DNA from: Myxococcales bacterium
GTDB lineage: Bacteria; Myxococcota; Myxococcia; Myxococcales; Myxococcaceae
Assembly (NCBI GenBank): GCA_016191815.1
Contig: JACPVI010000070.1
Coordinates: 1-64,000 of the forward strand
DNA: 64,000 bases
Direction of reading: 5' to 3'
The notes below the pieces were generated by a model, which saw nothing but the letters and a program-made list of their open reading frames with translations, was not told where the DNA came from and ran no database searches. The translations under genes and the position numbers were made by a program. Positions 17,969-27,529 of this stretch are shown here, piece by piece. The first letter of the stretch is position 1. Each line of letters opens with the position of its first letter.

Positions 17969-19375
17969 ATGCGCCGGAAGATCCTCCTCCTGGCCCTCGG
18001 CCTGGCAGCCGCGGTGGCGTTGGTGCCAACCCTGATTCCGGCGGGTCCCGACGCTTCCCTGGACGCGGCGGGCTTTCTGGAGAGCGGCCGTTTCCTGGTG
18101 GCCGCTGGCGTCATTTTCGTCGGCGGCCTGCTCACCTCGCTCACTCCTTGTGTCTACCCGCTGATTCCGATCACCGTGAGCGTGTTCGGCGCCCGGAACG
18201 CGGAGAGTCGGCTCAAGGCGGTGGCGCTCACCTCGGCCTACGTGGGAGGGATGGGGGTGGTGTTCTCGGTGCTCGGGGTGGCGGCGGCGCTGACGGGAAA
18301 GGCTTTCGGAACGGCGCTGGGGAACCCCTGGGTGGTGAGCGGGCTGGCGCTGTTCCTGCTCGTCTTGGCCAGCTCGATGTTCGGCGCCTTCGAGCTGGCG
18401 GTGCCCTCTGGGCTGGCGGCGAGGTTGAACCGGGTGGGAGGCAGTGGCCTCTTGGGTGCGCTGCTCATGGGGAGTGTGGCGGGTGTCATCGCCGCCCCGT
18501 GCACCGGGCCGGTCCTGGCGAGCGTGCTCGCGTACGTGGCGAAGTCGCAGAGCGCGGCCTTGGGCGGTGGGCTCCTCTTCGTCTACGCGCTGGGCATCGG
18601 AGTGCCGTTCTTCCTCCTCGGGGCTTTCACGGTGCGGCTGCCCAAGGCCGGGGTGTGGATGGAGTGGGTGAAGAGCGTGTTCGGGATCGCGCTGGTGGCG
18701 CTCGCCTTCTCTTACTCGCGCGACGCGTTTCCGGCGGCGCGATCGGCCGCGGGTGCGGCGGCCGACGAGGTGGGGCGGCTGGCCGGGGTTTCGCTCGCCA
18801 CGGCGCTCACCTTCGGAGGCATCGCGATCGGGGCGATCCACCGTTCCTTCAAGGAGGGCGGCCGGGAGATTCTCCTCAAGGGCGCGGGGGTGGCGGTGGT
18901 GGTGCTGGCGCTATTGCTCCGCTCCGGGGCCTCCGGAGCCCCCGCCTACGGCGGGCTGGCGGTGCGGATGGGCTGGGCGGCGGACGTGGACCGGGGCGTG
19001 AGGTGGCACCTGCACTTCCCGTCGGCTTTGGCGTCGGAGACGGCGCACTTCGACGACGCGCTGTCGCGGGCGAAGGGCGAGCGGCGGCCGGTGATGATCG
19101 ACTTCTTCGCCGACTGGTGCGAGGCCTGCAAGGAGCTGGACCGGCACGTCTACACCGAGGACGCGGTGGCGGCCGAGGCGGGGCGCTTCCTGAACATCAA
19201 GGTGGACGCCACGAACGTGGACGAGCCCATCGAGGCGCTGTTCGAGCGCTTCGAGGTGCAGGGTCTGCCCACGGTGGCCTTCATCGACTCGAACGGAGAG
19301 CTGCTGGAGGATCCGCGGGTGACCGGCTTTCTCCCGGCGGAGAAGTTCCTCGGGCAGCTCCGCAAGGTGCGCTGA
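17969..19375 (+). CDS. dsbD: Thiol:disulfide interchange protein DsbD-like (CcdA-type TM domain + C-terminal thioredoxin)
   Basis: The TM Cys pair is TPCVYP ... APCTGP. The C-terminal thioredoxin motif is FFADWCEACKELD. Confidence 0.8.
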   Translation: MRRKILLLALGLAAAVALVPTLIPAGPDASLDAAGFLESGRFLVAAGVIFVGGLLTSLTPCVYPLIPITVSVFGARNAESRLKAVALTSAYVGGMGVVFSVLGVAAALTGKAFGTALGNPWVVSGLALFLLVLASSMFGAFELAVPSGLAARLNRVGGSGLLGALLMGSVAGVIAAPCTGPVLASVLAYVAKSQSAALGGGLLFVYALGIGVPFFLLGAFTVRLPKAGVWMEWVKSVFGIALVALAFSYSRDAFPAARSAAGAAADEVGRLAGVSLATALTFGGIAIGAIHRSFKEGGREILLKGAGVAVVVLALLLRSGASGAPAYGGLAVRMGWAADVDRGVRWHLHFPSALASETAHFDDALSRAKGERRPVMIDFFADWCEACKELDRHVYTEDAVAAEAGRFLNIKVDATNVDEPIEALFERFEVQGLPTVAFIDSNGELLEDPRVTGFLPAEKFLGQLRKVR

Positions 19376-19420
19376 CGGCGTTCGGCCGAGCTATGATGCG
19401 CCGCCTCGGGAGGAGGCAGC

Positions 19421-20254
19421 ATGCGGAACGTCTGGTTCGCGCTGGCAGCGCTGGCATTTGGCTGTGGCATTCCCAAGGAGCAGTTCGACGCCAAGGTGCT
19501 GGAGGCGGAAGAGCTGGCCCGGAAGTACCGCGACGAGTCGGGGAAGGCCACCGCGCTGGAGCAGCGGGTACGCGATCTCGAGGCGAAGGTGACCGCGCTT
19601 GCCGAGGAGCGGGCATCCTTGGAGTCCCGCCTCACCGCGTCGGAGGGGCAGCTCACCAACAAGGAGGCGGAGCGGCGCGCGCTCGAGGAGAAGAACGCCC
19701 AGCTCGCCGCCCTCAACGAGGAATTGTCGAAGTCGAAGAAGAAGCTCGCCGAGGCGAAGGAGGAGCTGGAGAAGAAATCTTCCGAGTACGAGAGCCTGGC
19801 GAAGAGCCTGAAGGGCGAGATCGACGCTGGGAAGATCGAGCTCTCCGAGCTGCGCGGGAAGATGACGGTGAAGATGAAGGACAAGATCCTCTTCGCCTCC
19901 GGCTCGGCGAAGATCGGCAAGGAAGGGCAGGAGGCGCTGGACAAGGTGGCCCAGGCCCTGGCCGGAGTGCGGGGGAGGATCATCCGCGTGGAGGGGCATA
20001 CCGACGACGTGCCGACCGATCCGAAGAGCCAGTTCCCCTCCAACTGGGAGCTTTCGTTGGCGCGGGCGATGGCGGTGGTGAAGCACCTGCAGGACCGCGG
20101 GGTGGATCCGACCAAGCTGTCGGCGGCGGGCTACGGCCCGTACCAGCCGGTGGCGCCCAATGACTCGCCGGAGAACAAGAGCCTCAACCGGCGGATCGAG
20201 ATCGTCCTCGCAACGGCGACGGGAACGCCGGAGGCGCCTGCCGCCGCTCGCTGA
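19421..20254 (+). CDS. OmpA/MotB-domain lipoprotein with an N-terminal coiled-coil
   Basis: Lipobox LAALAFGCG. The coiled-coil is followed by an OmpA-like domain (VEGHTDDVPT...NWELSLARA...NRRIEIV). Confidence 0.75.
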   Translation: MRNVWFALAALAFGCGIPKEQFDAKVLEAEELARKYRDESGKATALEQRVRDLEAKVTALAEERASLESRLTASEGQLTNKEAERRALEEKNAQLAALNEELSKSKKKLAEAKEELEKKSSEYESLAKSLKGEIDAGKIELSELRGKMTVKMKDKILFASGSAKIGKEGQEALDKVAQALAGVRGRIIRVEGHTDDVPTDPKSQFPSNWELSLARAMAVVKHLQDRGVDPTKLSAAGYGPYQPVAPNDSPENKSLNRRIEIVLATATGTPEAPAAAR

Positions 20255-20306
20255 TCGACGACGCACCGCGGACTGGATCTCCAAGGGCTACGCCGGGTAC
20301 CGAGGC

Positions 20307-20768
20307 TCAGCCGCACGGAGCGGTCGAGCAAGCGCCCCAGAGGCCGCGGCGCTCTGCCTTGGCCTGGGCCTCCACCTCTTCAAACTCCGCCTTCCGGCCG
20401 GCGCCTGCCGGCGGGATGAAGAGCACGCAGCCGAAGCCGCGCTCCACCATCAGCCGGTTCACCTCGCGGCCCTCCACCGCGACGTAGGCGAGCCGGCGGC
20501 CGAAGCGGTCCTTGCACTCGGCATCGTAGCGGAGCGTCACCACCTTCCCGAGCACCAAGGAGCGGTTGAAGTCGCGCGCCTCGGCGCCGTAGCAGTCGGA
20601 CTTCCCTCCGGTGGTCTCCGGCGCGTCCAGCAGGAGGTAGCGGATCTTCTCTCCCCCGGCGAGCGTGATGGTGTCGCCGTCGGTGACGTCCACCACCTCC
20701 GCCGAGTCCGGCCCGCACGGGGTGCAGGCCCACCCCGCGACGGCCAGCGCGGCGGCGAGAAGCTTCAC
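20307..20768 (-). CDS. Secreted staphylococcal-nuclease (SNase/thermonuclease)-like protein
   Basis: GTG start. VKLLAAALAVAGWACTPCG...VVDVTDGDTI...RYLLLDAPE...YGAEAR...DRFGRRLAYV are SNc motifs. The stop overlaps the start of the LTD gene. Confidence 0.7.
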   Translation of the reverse strand: MKLLAAALAVAGWACTPCGPDSAEVVDVTDGDTITLAGGEKIRYLLLDAPETTGGKSDCYGAEARDFNRSLVLGKVVTLRYDAECKDRFGRRLAYVAVEGREVNRLMVERGFGCVLFIPPAGAGRKAEFEEVEAQAKAERRGLWGACSTAPCG

Positions 20769-22486
20769 GGACACGTCTCGTTCACGTCCCCGGGTGTCCC
20801 GCGGTCGCCGAGGGTGGGCCCTCCGTCCGCGCCTCCGTCCGGCGAGCCGCCGTAGGTCTTCGCCGCCGAGGTGACGCAGAAGCTCCCCGCGTCGTCGTTG
20901 AGCACCGGGTCCAGCTTGTCCGCGCTGAGCTGGGCGGAGGCCCCCGAAATGGAGGTGGCGTAGGCGATCTGGTCCAGCACTCCGCCGTCCAGCCGGAGCG
21001 TGAGCGCCCGCAAGCCGGTATTGCCCAGGTCGAACCCGAACGTCCCCAGCACCTTGTCCGGCAGCCCGCCATTCACCGCCGGATCCCCGCTGCGGGCGAA
21101 CAGGACGTAGGCGTCCGCGCCCGGGCGCAGGCAGCTCTGCGAATTCAGCGACGCCCGCCCGGTGCCCTCGTTGACCAGCTCGAGGCCGTTGAGGTCCACC
21201 TCCGACTTCACCAGCACCTCGAACCACTCGCCGTCCGAATCCAACACCGCCGCCGGGTTGGGCATCAGCTCGGTGATGATCAGATCTCCCACCGCCGGCC
21301 TCACCATCGCCCGCGGCTGGCCGCTCGTCGGGTCCAGGCACTGGTTCGGATCCGGCGGGGTAGGGCAGGCGCTGTTGGGTGCGCCGGGCGTCCCCTTGTC
21401 CCCCGCCCCGTAGGTCTGGGTGGCCGGGCAGAACGCCGCCGGATCGTCGTTCGCGGCCGCGTCCAGCTTCGCCGGATCGAGCTGGCTCGCCACTCCGCTC
21501 TGCGCGGCCCCGTAGGAGATCTGGTCCACCCCGGCGTCTCCCACCCGGACGGCGATCTGCCCGCCCGAGTTGACCAGGCCGAAGGTGAAAGTCCCGGCCA
21601 CCTCCGCAAGCCCGCCATTCACCCCACCGTCCCCTTGCCGGGCAAACACAGCGTAGGTCCCGGTCGGGACCCGCAGGCACTTCTCCGCCGAGACCACCGA
21701 CTTGCTGCTGCCGTTGGACAGCTCGAGTCCGTTCAGGTCCACGTCTGCCCGGACCAACACTTCGAACCACTCGCCGTTGGTGTCGGTCACCGCCTTCGGA
21801 TCCGGCATCAGCTCGGTGATCACCAGCTCTCCAGCCGCCGGCGAGACCACCGGCCGGCTCGCGTTGGTGAGCGAATCGACGCAGCTTCCCGGCAGTCCCG
21901 CGCAGGGTGCGTTGGCCGCGCCCGGCGAGCCATAGGAGTTGGTGGCGAACTCCGCCGGGGCGTCGCACCAGTTGCCCTCGATGTCGTTCACCGCCGAGTC
22001 GGGCACGTACTTGCCGTCCAGCGTGCGCGCCCGGCCGGCCTTGCCGGCGCTGTAGTACTTCACCTCGTCGATCACGGAGCTGCCGCAGCGAAGGCCGATC
22101 GAGCCCTCCGAGTTTCCCAGGGACATCGCATCGCCGTAGCTGTAGCTCAGGAAGGCCGGATAAGGCTGCTCGCGCGCGTCGCCCAGGACGAAGTAGCCCT
22201 TCGAGGCCACCGTCCCCGAGCGGAGGACATGGGTCTTCGAGCTGGAGCCGTCCACCCTCCCGGCGTACAGCGTCAGCCCGTTCAGACCGATCGCCTGCCC
22301 GGTGGCGTTGAACAGCTCCAGGTACTCGTGGCCGGTGTCCACGCCCTCCGGGTCGTTCATGAACTCGCTGATCACCAGGTCTCCGGCGACCAGCCCCTTG
22401 CAGGCGCGGTCCGGAGGAGGGGGCGCGCAGGCGAGGACCAGCGCCAGGGCGCCTGCGGCGTGAAGGAAAGTGGGACGTGCGTTCAT
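20765..22486 (-). CDS. Lipoprotein with three lamin-tail-domain (LTD) repeats
   Basis: Lipobox LALVLACAPP. Three copies of the LV/IISE(L)MxDPxxV...EY/WxEL/V...GL motif at residues ~35, ~220 and ~400. Confidence 0.7.
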   Translation of the reverse strand: MNARPTFLHAAGALALVLACAPPPPDRACKGLVAGDLVISEFMNDPEGVDTGHEYLELFNATGQAIGLNGLTLYAGRVDGSSSKTHVLRSGTVASKGYFVLGDAREQPYPAFLSYSYGDAMSLGNSEGSIGLRCGSSVIDEVKYYSAGKAGRARTLDGKYVPDSAVNDIEGNWCDAPAEFATNSYGSPGAANAPCAGLPGSCVDSLTNASRPVVSPAAGELVITELMPDPKAVTDTNGEWFEVLVRADVDLNGLELSNGSSKSVVSAEKCLRVPTGTYAVFARQGDGGVNGGLAEVAGTFTFGLVNSGGQIAVRVGDAGVDQISYGAAQSGVASQLDPAKLDAAANDDPAAFCPATQTYGAGDKGTPGAPNSACPTPPDPNQCLDPTSGQPRAMVRPAVGDLIITELMPNPAAVLDSDGEWFEVLVKSEVDLNGLELVNEGTGRASLNSQSCLRPGADAYVLFARSGDPAVNGGLPDKVLGTFGFDLGNTGLRALTLRLDGGVLDQIAYATSISGASAQLSADKLDPVLNDDAGSFCVTSAAKTYGGSPDGGADGGPTLGDRGTPGDVNETCP

Positions 22487-22513
22487 CAGCGCCTCATCGA
22501 AGGTTGCCGGCCG

Positions 22514-23650
22514 TCAGTCGGGTTCGTCGGGCGGGGGCGGCGCGGGCTTCCCGTCGCCGTTCCAGTGCTCGTTGAGCAGTTTCTCCAGCTCGTGGCTGGG
22601 CGCCAGCACCTGTCCGGGGAGGCTCACCAGGACCTGGAGCCGGTCCACGTTGCGATAGCGGTCGCGGAACTTGTTCACCACGCCGCGGACCTGCACGTAC
22701 TCGCCCTTCTTGTGGAGGACGCCCGAGGAGAGCACCACGTCCTTGTCGAAGAACACCACGTCGAAGTCGTTGCCCCGGCTTCGGCCGAGCTTCACGATGG
22801 TCGGGCCCTTGTCCCCGAGCTGCACGTCGTTGACCGCCCCGAGCAGGACCACATCCTGGCCGAGGCGCTGCTCCAGCTTGAGGAGCGCGTCCCAGCGGGT
22901 GAGGGCCACGTACTCCGGGTTGCCGGCCATCTCCTTCTCGAAGCGGGTGATGGCCCGCTCCCGCTCGCCCCACCAGGCGTGGCGCTCCTCGTAGTCGTCG
23001 TAGTGCTGCTTGGCGGGATCCCAAACTCCCCGCTTGGCGTTTTGGGCTTCCTCTTGGGCCTCGAGGAACTCCCGGTGGAAGCGCCGCGAGCGGCCATACT
23101 TCACGAAGTACGGGCTCATGCCCGCGCGGACGCACTCCACGTTGAAGTTCATCCTTTGGCCGTCCTTCTCCACCACCACGTAGGCGAGGTAGCGGCCGTA
23201 GTAGTCGCGGATTTCCCCGGGGTGGTCGCGCTCCAGCCGGATCTTCCTCACCCCCTCGAAGAACTCCTGCGCCCACTTCTTGGCGTCCTCTCCGAGCGGG
23301 GTGGCCATCTTCACCGGCCGGGCCGAGTTGCCGCGCATCGCCTTCTTGTACTGCTCCCAGCCGTCGGCGAAGACGCGCCGCTCCTCGTCGGTCTTGAAGG
23401 TCTCCTCGGTGTCGATGGCCAGAAGCCGCAGCGAGTTGTCGAGCCCCTTCACCCGGATGGTGTCCCCGTCCACCACCGCGGAGGCGCCGTCGATGGCGAA
23501 CTCGCCCAGCTCGAGGGCGACCACCTCCAGGCGCCTAAGCGCCTCGTCGGCCCGCTCGCGGCTGTACCTTCGGGCCGCCCTGGTGTCGCTGCAGCCCGAG
23601 AGCGCGAGGAGGGCGGCGGCCAGGGCGGTGGAGGCGAGGGCTCGGTGCAT
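22514..23650 (-). CDS. Lipoprotein with an SNase/thermonuclease domain plus a C-terminal extension
   Basis: Lipobox ALLALSGCS. VVDGDTIRVKG...LRLLAIDTEE...YYGRYLAYVVVEKDG are SNc motifs. Confidence 0.7.
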   Translation of the reverse strand: MHRALASTALAAALLALSGCSDTRAARRYSRERADEALRRLEVVALELGEFAIDGASAVVDGDTIRVKGLDNSLRLLAIDTEETFKTDEERRVFADGWEQYKKAMRGNSARPVKMATPLGEDAKKWAQEFFEGVRKIRLERDHPGEIRDYYGRYLAYVVVEKDGQRMNFNVECVRAGMSPYFVKYGRSRRFHREFLEAQEEAQNAKRGVWDPAKQHYDDYEERHAWWGERERAITRFEKEMAGNPEYVALTRWDALLKLEQRLGQDVVLLGAVNDVQLGDKGPTIVKLGRSRGNDFDVVFFDKDVVLSSGVLHKKGEYVQVRGVVNKFRDRYRNVDRLQVLVSLPGQVLAPSHELEKLLNEHWNGDGKPAPPPPDEPD

Positions 23651-23715
23651 TCGCGGGCGGTGAAACGGCCAGGGACCAATGCCAGTCTAGCTCGCCGCCG
23701 TGGAAACCCATCGCG

Positions 23716-24138
23716 CTACAGAGGCTGCACCCCCAAGCCCAGAGCGTCGGCGTTCTCGCGCACCCGGCGGTCGCAAGAGAAGACGACCACCTCCTCCACC
23801 TGCTCCCGCCACAGCAGCGCGGTCGCGACATGGATGGCATCGAGGGCCCGAATCGGCTCGACCGGGAAGGTGTCGCGCCCCCTGGCCAGGACCGTGGAGT
23901 CGACCGCCCGCTGGTGCCAAGCTTGCTCCAGCGAACGCAGCTTCCCTCGAGCAGACCTGAGCAGCGCGCGGTCTGCACGGCCCTCGATCTCAGCCCAGCG
24001 AAGGGTCCGATGGGCCTCGAGGAACGTGAGGGTCGAAGTGACCACGCGCTTGCTGCGGCCCAGGCGCTTCTCGAGCCGCTGATCTCCCTCCAACAGAGCG
24101 CGGATCAACGCGCTCGTTTCGACGTACGCAGTGGCCAT
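23716..24138 (-). CDS. vapC: PIN-domain toxin VapC
   Basis: MATAYVETSALIRALL ... ALDAIHVATAL shows PIN acidic residues. It overlaps the upstream antitoxin. Confidence 0.75.
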   Translation of the reverse strand: MATAYVETSALIRALLEGDQRLEKRLGRSKRVVTSTLTFLEAHRTLRWAEIEGRADRALLRSARGKLRSLEQAWHQRAVDSTVLARGRDTFPVEPIRALDAIHVATALLWREQVEEVVVFSCDRRVRENADALGLGVQPL

Positions 24139-24434
24139 CCGCGCTCCCCGCGCACGAGATCGAGCAGTCGCTGGCCTTGTCCCGGCCCAAGGCCGACGCC
24201 CTTCCACCCCTTGAGCGGGCGGGCCCCAGGCGTCTTGGCGGGCAAAAGCTCGCCGCGTTCGGCGAGCGCCGCGATTTTCTCTTCCGCCGAGGGTTCGTGG
24301 CGCAGGCGCGCGATCGGGCGCAGCTCAGCGACCGCCTGACCGCGCTCCGTGATGAGGACGCTCTCGCCTCCCTTCACCCGGCGGACGTACGCGCTCAGGT
24401 GAGCCTTCAGCTCTCGGATTCCCGCCTTGCGCAC
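24105..24434 (-). CDS. Phd/YefM-type antitoxin
   Basis: GTG start. IRELKAHLSAYVRRVKGGESVLITERGQAVAELRPI matches the Phd/YefM core. The long ORF-track extension to 26093 is rejected. Confidence 0.65.
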   Translation of the reverse strand: MRKAGIRELKAHLSAYVRRVKGGESVLITERGQAVAELRPIARLRHEPSAEEKIAALAERGELLPAKTPGARPLKGWKGVGLGPGQGQRLLDLVRGERGWPLRTSKRAR

Positions 24435-24487
24435 GCCGCCACGGTATCCACCGGTGACCACAAATGCAATGAGGTGGTTACAAAGCG

Positions 24488-26737
24488 TCAGAACTTCGCG
24501 GACACCTCGAGCCGGAAGCGCTGCTCGGGGTTGGGCTTGCGCTCCTTGGAGGAGTCTCGCTGGTCCAGCCAGACGTAGAGGTCGTAGCGCCCTCGCACCG
24601 TGAGGGCCTTGGGGGAGATGACCGAGACGTCGAGGAACGCCCAGACAGAGCGCTCGAGGTAGTCGTCCTTGTCGTTGGCCTCGTCGAGGTAGCGGGCCCG
24701 GGCGCGGAGCCTCAGCCAGCTTTGCGCCTTGGAGCCCACCTCCACCCAGCCCGCGGAGTCCTGCCGGTAGCGATCCTGGTACTTCGCGTCGTCGAGGAGC
24801 GTGTGCGCGTAGTGGACCGCGAGGGTCAGCTTCTGATCGAACGGATCCACCACCACCTTGCCGGCGAGGCGCGCCAGCTCGCCGGAGCAGGTGAATTGGT
24901 CCAAAGCCTCGGGGTCGGGCCCGCCTCCGAGCGAATCGAACTGGTACTCCACCACCTCGTACTCGTAGCATTCGCCGCGGGCGCTCTTCTTGAGGTCCTT
25001 GTCCCGGTAGTCGGCCCAGGCGCTCGCCTTGAGCGATTTGAGCCCCACGAAGTCGACCCGGGCCGAGGTGTAGAGGTTGGTGCGGCCGGCGGTGCCCGCC
25101 AGCTCGCCGTCGAAGGGGAGCACCCAGAGGTCCGCCGAGCCGCGCACCCGCCAGTCCTCGGTCAGCCGGTCCCGGTAGGAGAGCCGGGCGCCCGCTTCGT
25201 TCCGGGCTCTCAGCCCGTCGTAGAGGTCGGGCCCGGAGATCGAGCCGGCGTAGGGGTTGGCGAACTTCCGGTCGTAGTAGCGAAGCGACAGCTCCAGCTC
25301 CCTTCGCTTGCTGCTCATGGTGGTGCGCTCGATGACGCCCAAGCCGCCGCCTCCTCCGGGGAGCGAGTCGAACGAGCGGGTCACCTCCATGGCCAGGTCC
25401 AGCGGCCCGACCCTGGTCTGCGCGTCCGCTCCCAGGGCGCCGAAGGGGCCGCCGTAGGGCCAGCGCGCCCACTCCTGGAAGTCGATGCTCGCTCCCTCCA
25501 CTCGCCAGAGCGGGGCGGCGTAGTAGCCGGTCATCCCGACCCGCAAGGTGGGCCCCGCCGCAAGGGTCGCGTTGCCCCCGCCCGCCAGCTCGTCGAACAG
25601 GCCCGGCAAGGTGCTGAAGGAGAAGCGCGGAGCGGGCGCGAAGGGATCCGACAGCTTGGAGAACACCTTGGGCGCGTCGCAGTCCCCATCGCCGTCGTCG
25701 TGGGGATCGGCGCAAAGGCGGCGATTGAAGAGCTGGTACTGGTAGACCGAGCGTGACTGATAGGAGCCGAACCCGTGGAGCGCCAGCCTTCCCGCTCCCG
25801 TCTCGAGGTCCTCCACGGTGAAGGCCATGCCCCGGAAGCGCTCGTTCCAATCGAAGTCCGGCGTGCCATAGCGGATGCGCTCCACCGTACAGGCGATGCT
25901 CCCGGGGTCGCCGACCGACATCCGGCACAGCCGGATCAAGTCCTCGAAGTTGCGCATGAAGACGACGTTGTCCGGGTAGAAGCCGTTGGGCTCGGTGCGG
26001 GTGGTGTTGTCCAGCGTGAGCCTCTGGCCGAAGCCGGCCTCGAAGTGGCCGAGCACTGCGGACCTCCCCGGCGTCTTCCAGCGGAGGTGCCACTTGGGGA
26101 GCTGCGGCGCATAGGAGGGCGGAACCGCCGCCAGCGCCTCTCGGTTGGGGTCGTAGCTCACCGTTCCGAGCTGCAAGCGGGTGGTGAGCAGGGCGGCCGC
26201 GGCGCTCACGTCGTAGGGCAGCTTGAGAGTGGCCTGCAGCGCGGCGGGGGGAGGGTTCCCATCCTCCGCCGAGTAGGCCGACCTCACCTTCGCGGTGCCC
26301 GAGAAGATGCGGACGGCCCGCGGCTCGACCACCAGGAACGCAGTGAGCTGCCTCAGCTCCTCCCCTGTGATGACTTGCATCTGCACCAGCTCGGCGGGAT
26401 CACCGATGCTCCCCACCTGCTTTCGGTAGAGGAGGATCGCGTCCACCTGGGCGAGCGTGAGGTTGGGCAGGACGTACAGGTCGCGGCGGCTGGCGCGGTT
26501 GAGATCAACCCCCTCGTTGATCAGCTCGACCAGCGCCTCCAGCGTGGCGTCGGAGATCTGCCGCTGCGCGTAGAGGTCGTAGAGGTCCTGCTCGTCATCG
26601 ACCTCGATCTCGATCTCGTACTCGGCCGCAGAGGCGAATGCCCCCGCCACCAGCGTCAGGGCAAAGGCGGTGATGCGCAATGTCCACGCCGCGCCCCGGA
26701 GCATTCGGCGGGGGAGTCTAGAACAGCCGCCAGCCAA
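24488..26737 (-). CDS. Large outer-membrane beta-barrel-like protein with an N-terminal ComEA-like helix-hairpin-helix DNA-binding module
   Basis: Signal peptide, then HhH LNRASRRDLYVLPNLTLAQVDAILLYRKQ. A long Gly/Tyr/aromatic-alternating region follows and the protein ends in a C-terminal aromatic (...EVSAKF). Confidence 0.55.
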   Translation of the reverse strand: MAGGCSRLPRRMLRGAAWTLRITAFALTLVAGAFASAAEYEIEIEVDDEQDLYDLYAQRQISDATLEALVELINEGVDLNRASRRDLYVLPNLTLAQVDAILLYRKQVGSIGDPAELVQMQVITGEELRQLTAFLVVEPRAVRIFSGTAKVRSAYSAEDGNPPPAALQATLKLPYDVSAAAALLTTRLQLGTVSYDPNREALAAVPPSYAPQLPKWHLRWKTPGRSAVLGHFEAGFGQRLTLDNTTRTEPNGFYPDNVVFMRNFEDLIRLCRMSVGDPGSIACTVERIRYGTPDFDWNERFRGMAFTVEDLETGAGRLALHGFGSYQSRSVYQYQLFNRRLCADPHDDGDGDCDAPKVFSKLSDPFAPAPRFSFSTLPGLFDELAGGGNATLAAGPTLRVGMTGYYAAPLWRVEGASIDFQEWARWPYGGPFGALGADAQTRVGPLDLAMEVTRSFDSLPGGGGGLGVIERTTMSSKRRELELSLRYYDRKFANPYAGSISGPDLYDGLRARNEAGARLSYRDRLTEDWRVRGSADLWVLPFDGELAGTAGRTNLYTSARVDFVGLKSLKASAWADYRDKDLKKSARGECYEYEVVEYQFDSLGGGPDPEALDQFTCSGELARLAGKVVVDPFDQKLTLAVHYAHTLLDDAKYQDRYRQDSAGWVEVGSKAQSWLRLRARARYLDEANDKDDYLERSVWAFLDVSVISPKALTVRGRYDLYVWLDQRDSSKERKPNPEQRFRLEVSAKF

Positions 26738-27362
26738 GCCCGAGCTTGATCTGCCAGGCGGGGCGGACCTTCGGCTCCCCCAGGGGCTCCTTGATCACCT
26801 CCGCCCCGAGCTGCGCCAGCACCGCGCCGGTCATCTCCTGGCCGAGGAAGAACTCGGCTCCGCCTCCCAGGAGCGATCGGAACCGCGCCCCTAGGGCCGG
26901 CGAGAGCGGCAAGTCCCAGGGCACGTCCAGCGCCACCAACACCCGCGCCGTCTCCGCCACTCGAATGGTGGAGAGGAGCCCGGCCCGAAGCCGCAGGCCC
27001 AAATACTGGAAGTTCTCCGGATCCACGTAGCGCGAGCCGGTGTCGTAGGTGAGCCCCAGGCCGAGCGAAGGCGCGATCTCGGCGATGCCCTCGCGGTAGA
27101 CCGTGAGCTTCCCGATGGCCTCCCCGGCGAAGGCCAGGGCGAGGTAGTCGAAGGAGGCCCGGCCCTCGAATTCCAGAGGGCCGATCCCCTGGCGGTAGGC
27201 GCCTCCCACCTCAGGGCCCCCGAGGAAGCCGTACAAAGAGGAGGAGCCCGCGCGCATCGCCGCCGGAGCGAAAGCCGCCCCTAACTCCTCTCGGCTCGAG
27301 GGAGCCTCCTCCGCCGACGCCGCGGAGGCAAAGAGCAGCACGCTGGCGACGCGTAGCGACAT
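26718..27362 (-). CDS. Small outer-membrane beta-barrel protein (start MSLRVASVLLFASAASA; C-terminal ...GWRLF)
   Basis: Signal peptide, alternating hydrophobic pattern, terminal Phe. It overlaps the upstream OMP gene by 20 bp. Confidence 0.5.
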   Translation of the reverse strand: MSLRVASVLLFASAASAEEAPSSREELGAAFAPAAMRAGSSSLYGFLGGPEVGGAYRQGIGPLEFEGRASFDYLALAFAGEAIGKLTVYREGIAEIAPSLGLGLTYDTGSRYVDPENFQYLGLRLRAGLLSTIRVAETARVLVALDVPWDLPLSPALGARFRSLLGGGAEFFLGQEMTGAVLAQLGAEVIKEPLGEPKVRPAWQIKLGLGWRLF

Positions 27363-27529
27363 GGCGGAGGCGACGATTTCCCCACACCGGCCCGCGAGCA
27401 AGTTTTTTGACGGATCTCGCCCCGCGCACATCGATCTAGATCCACCGCTGAGGTAGGATTTGGACGCAACTTGCGCACATTTCGGCCGAAAACCAGCTAA
27501 GCCTGGCCCCTCGCCGAGAGGATCGACGT

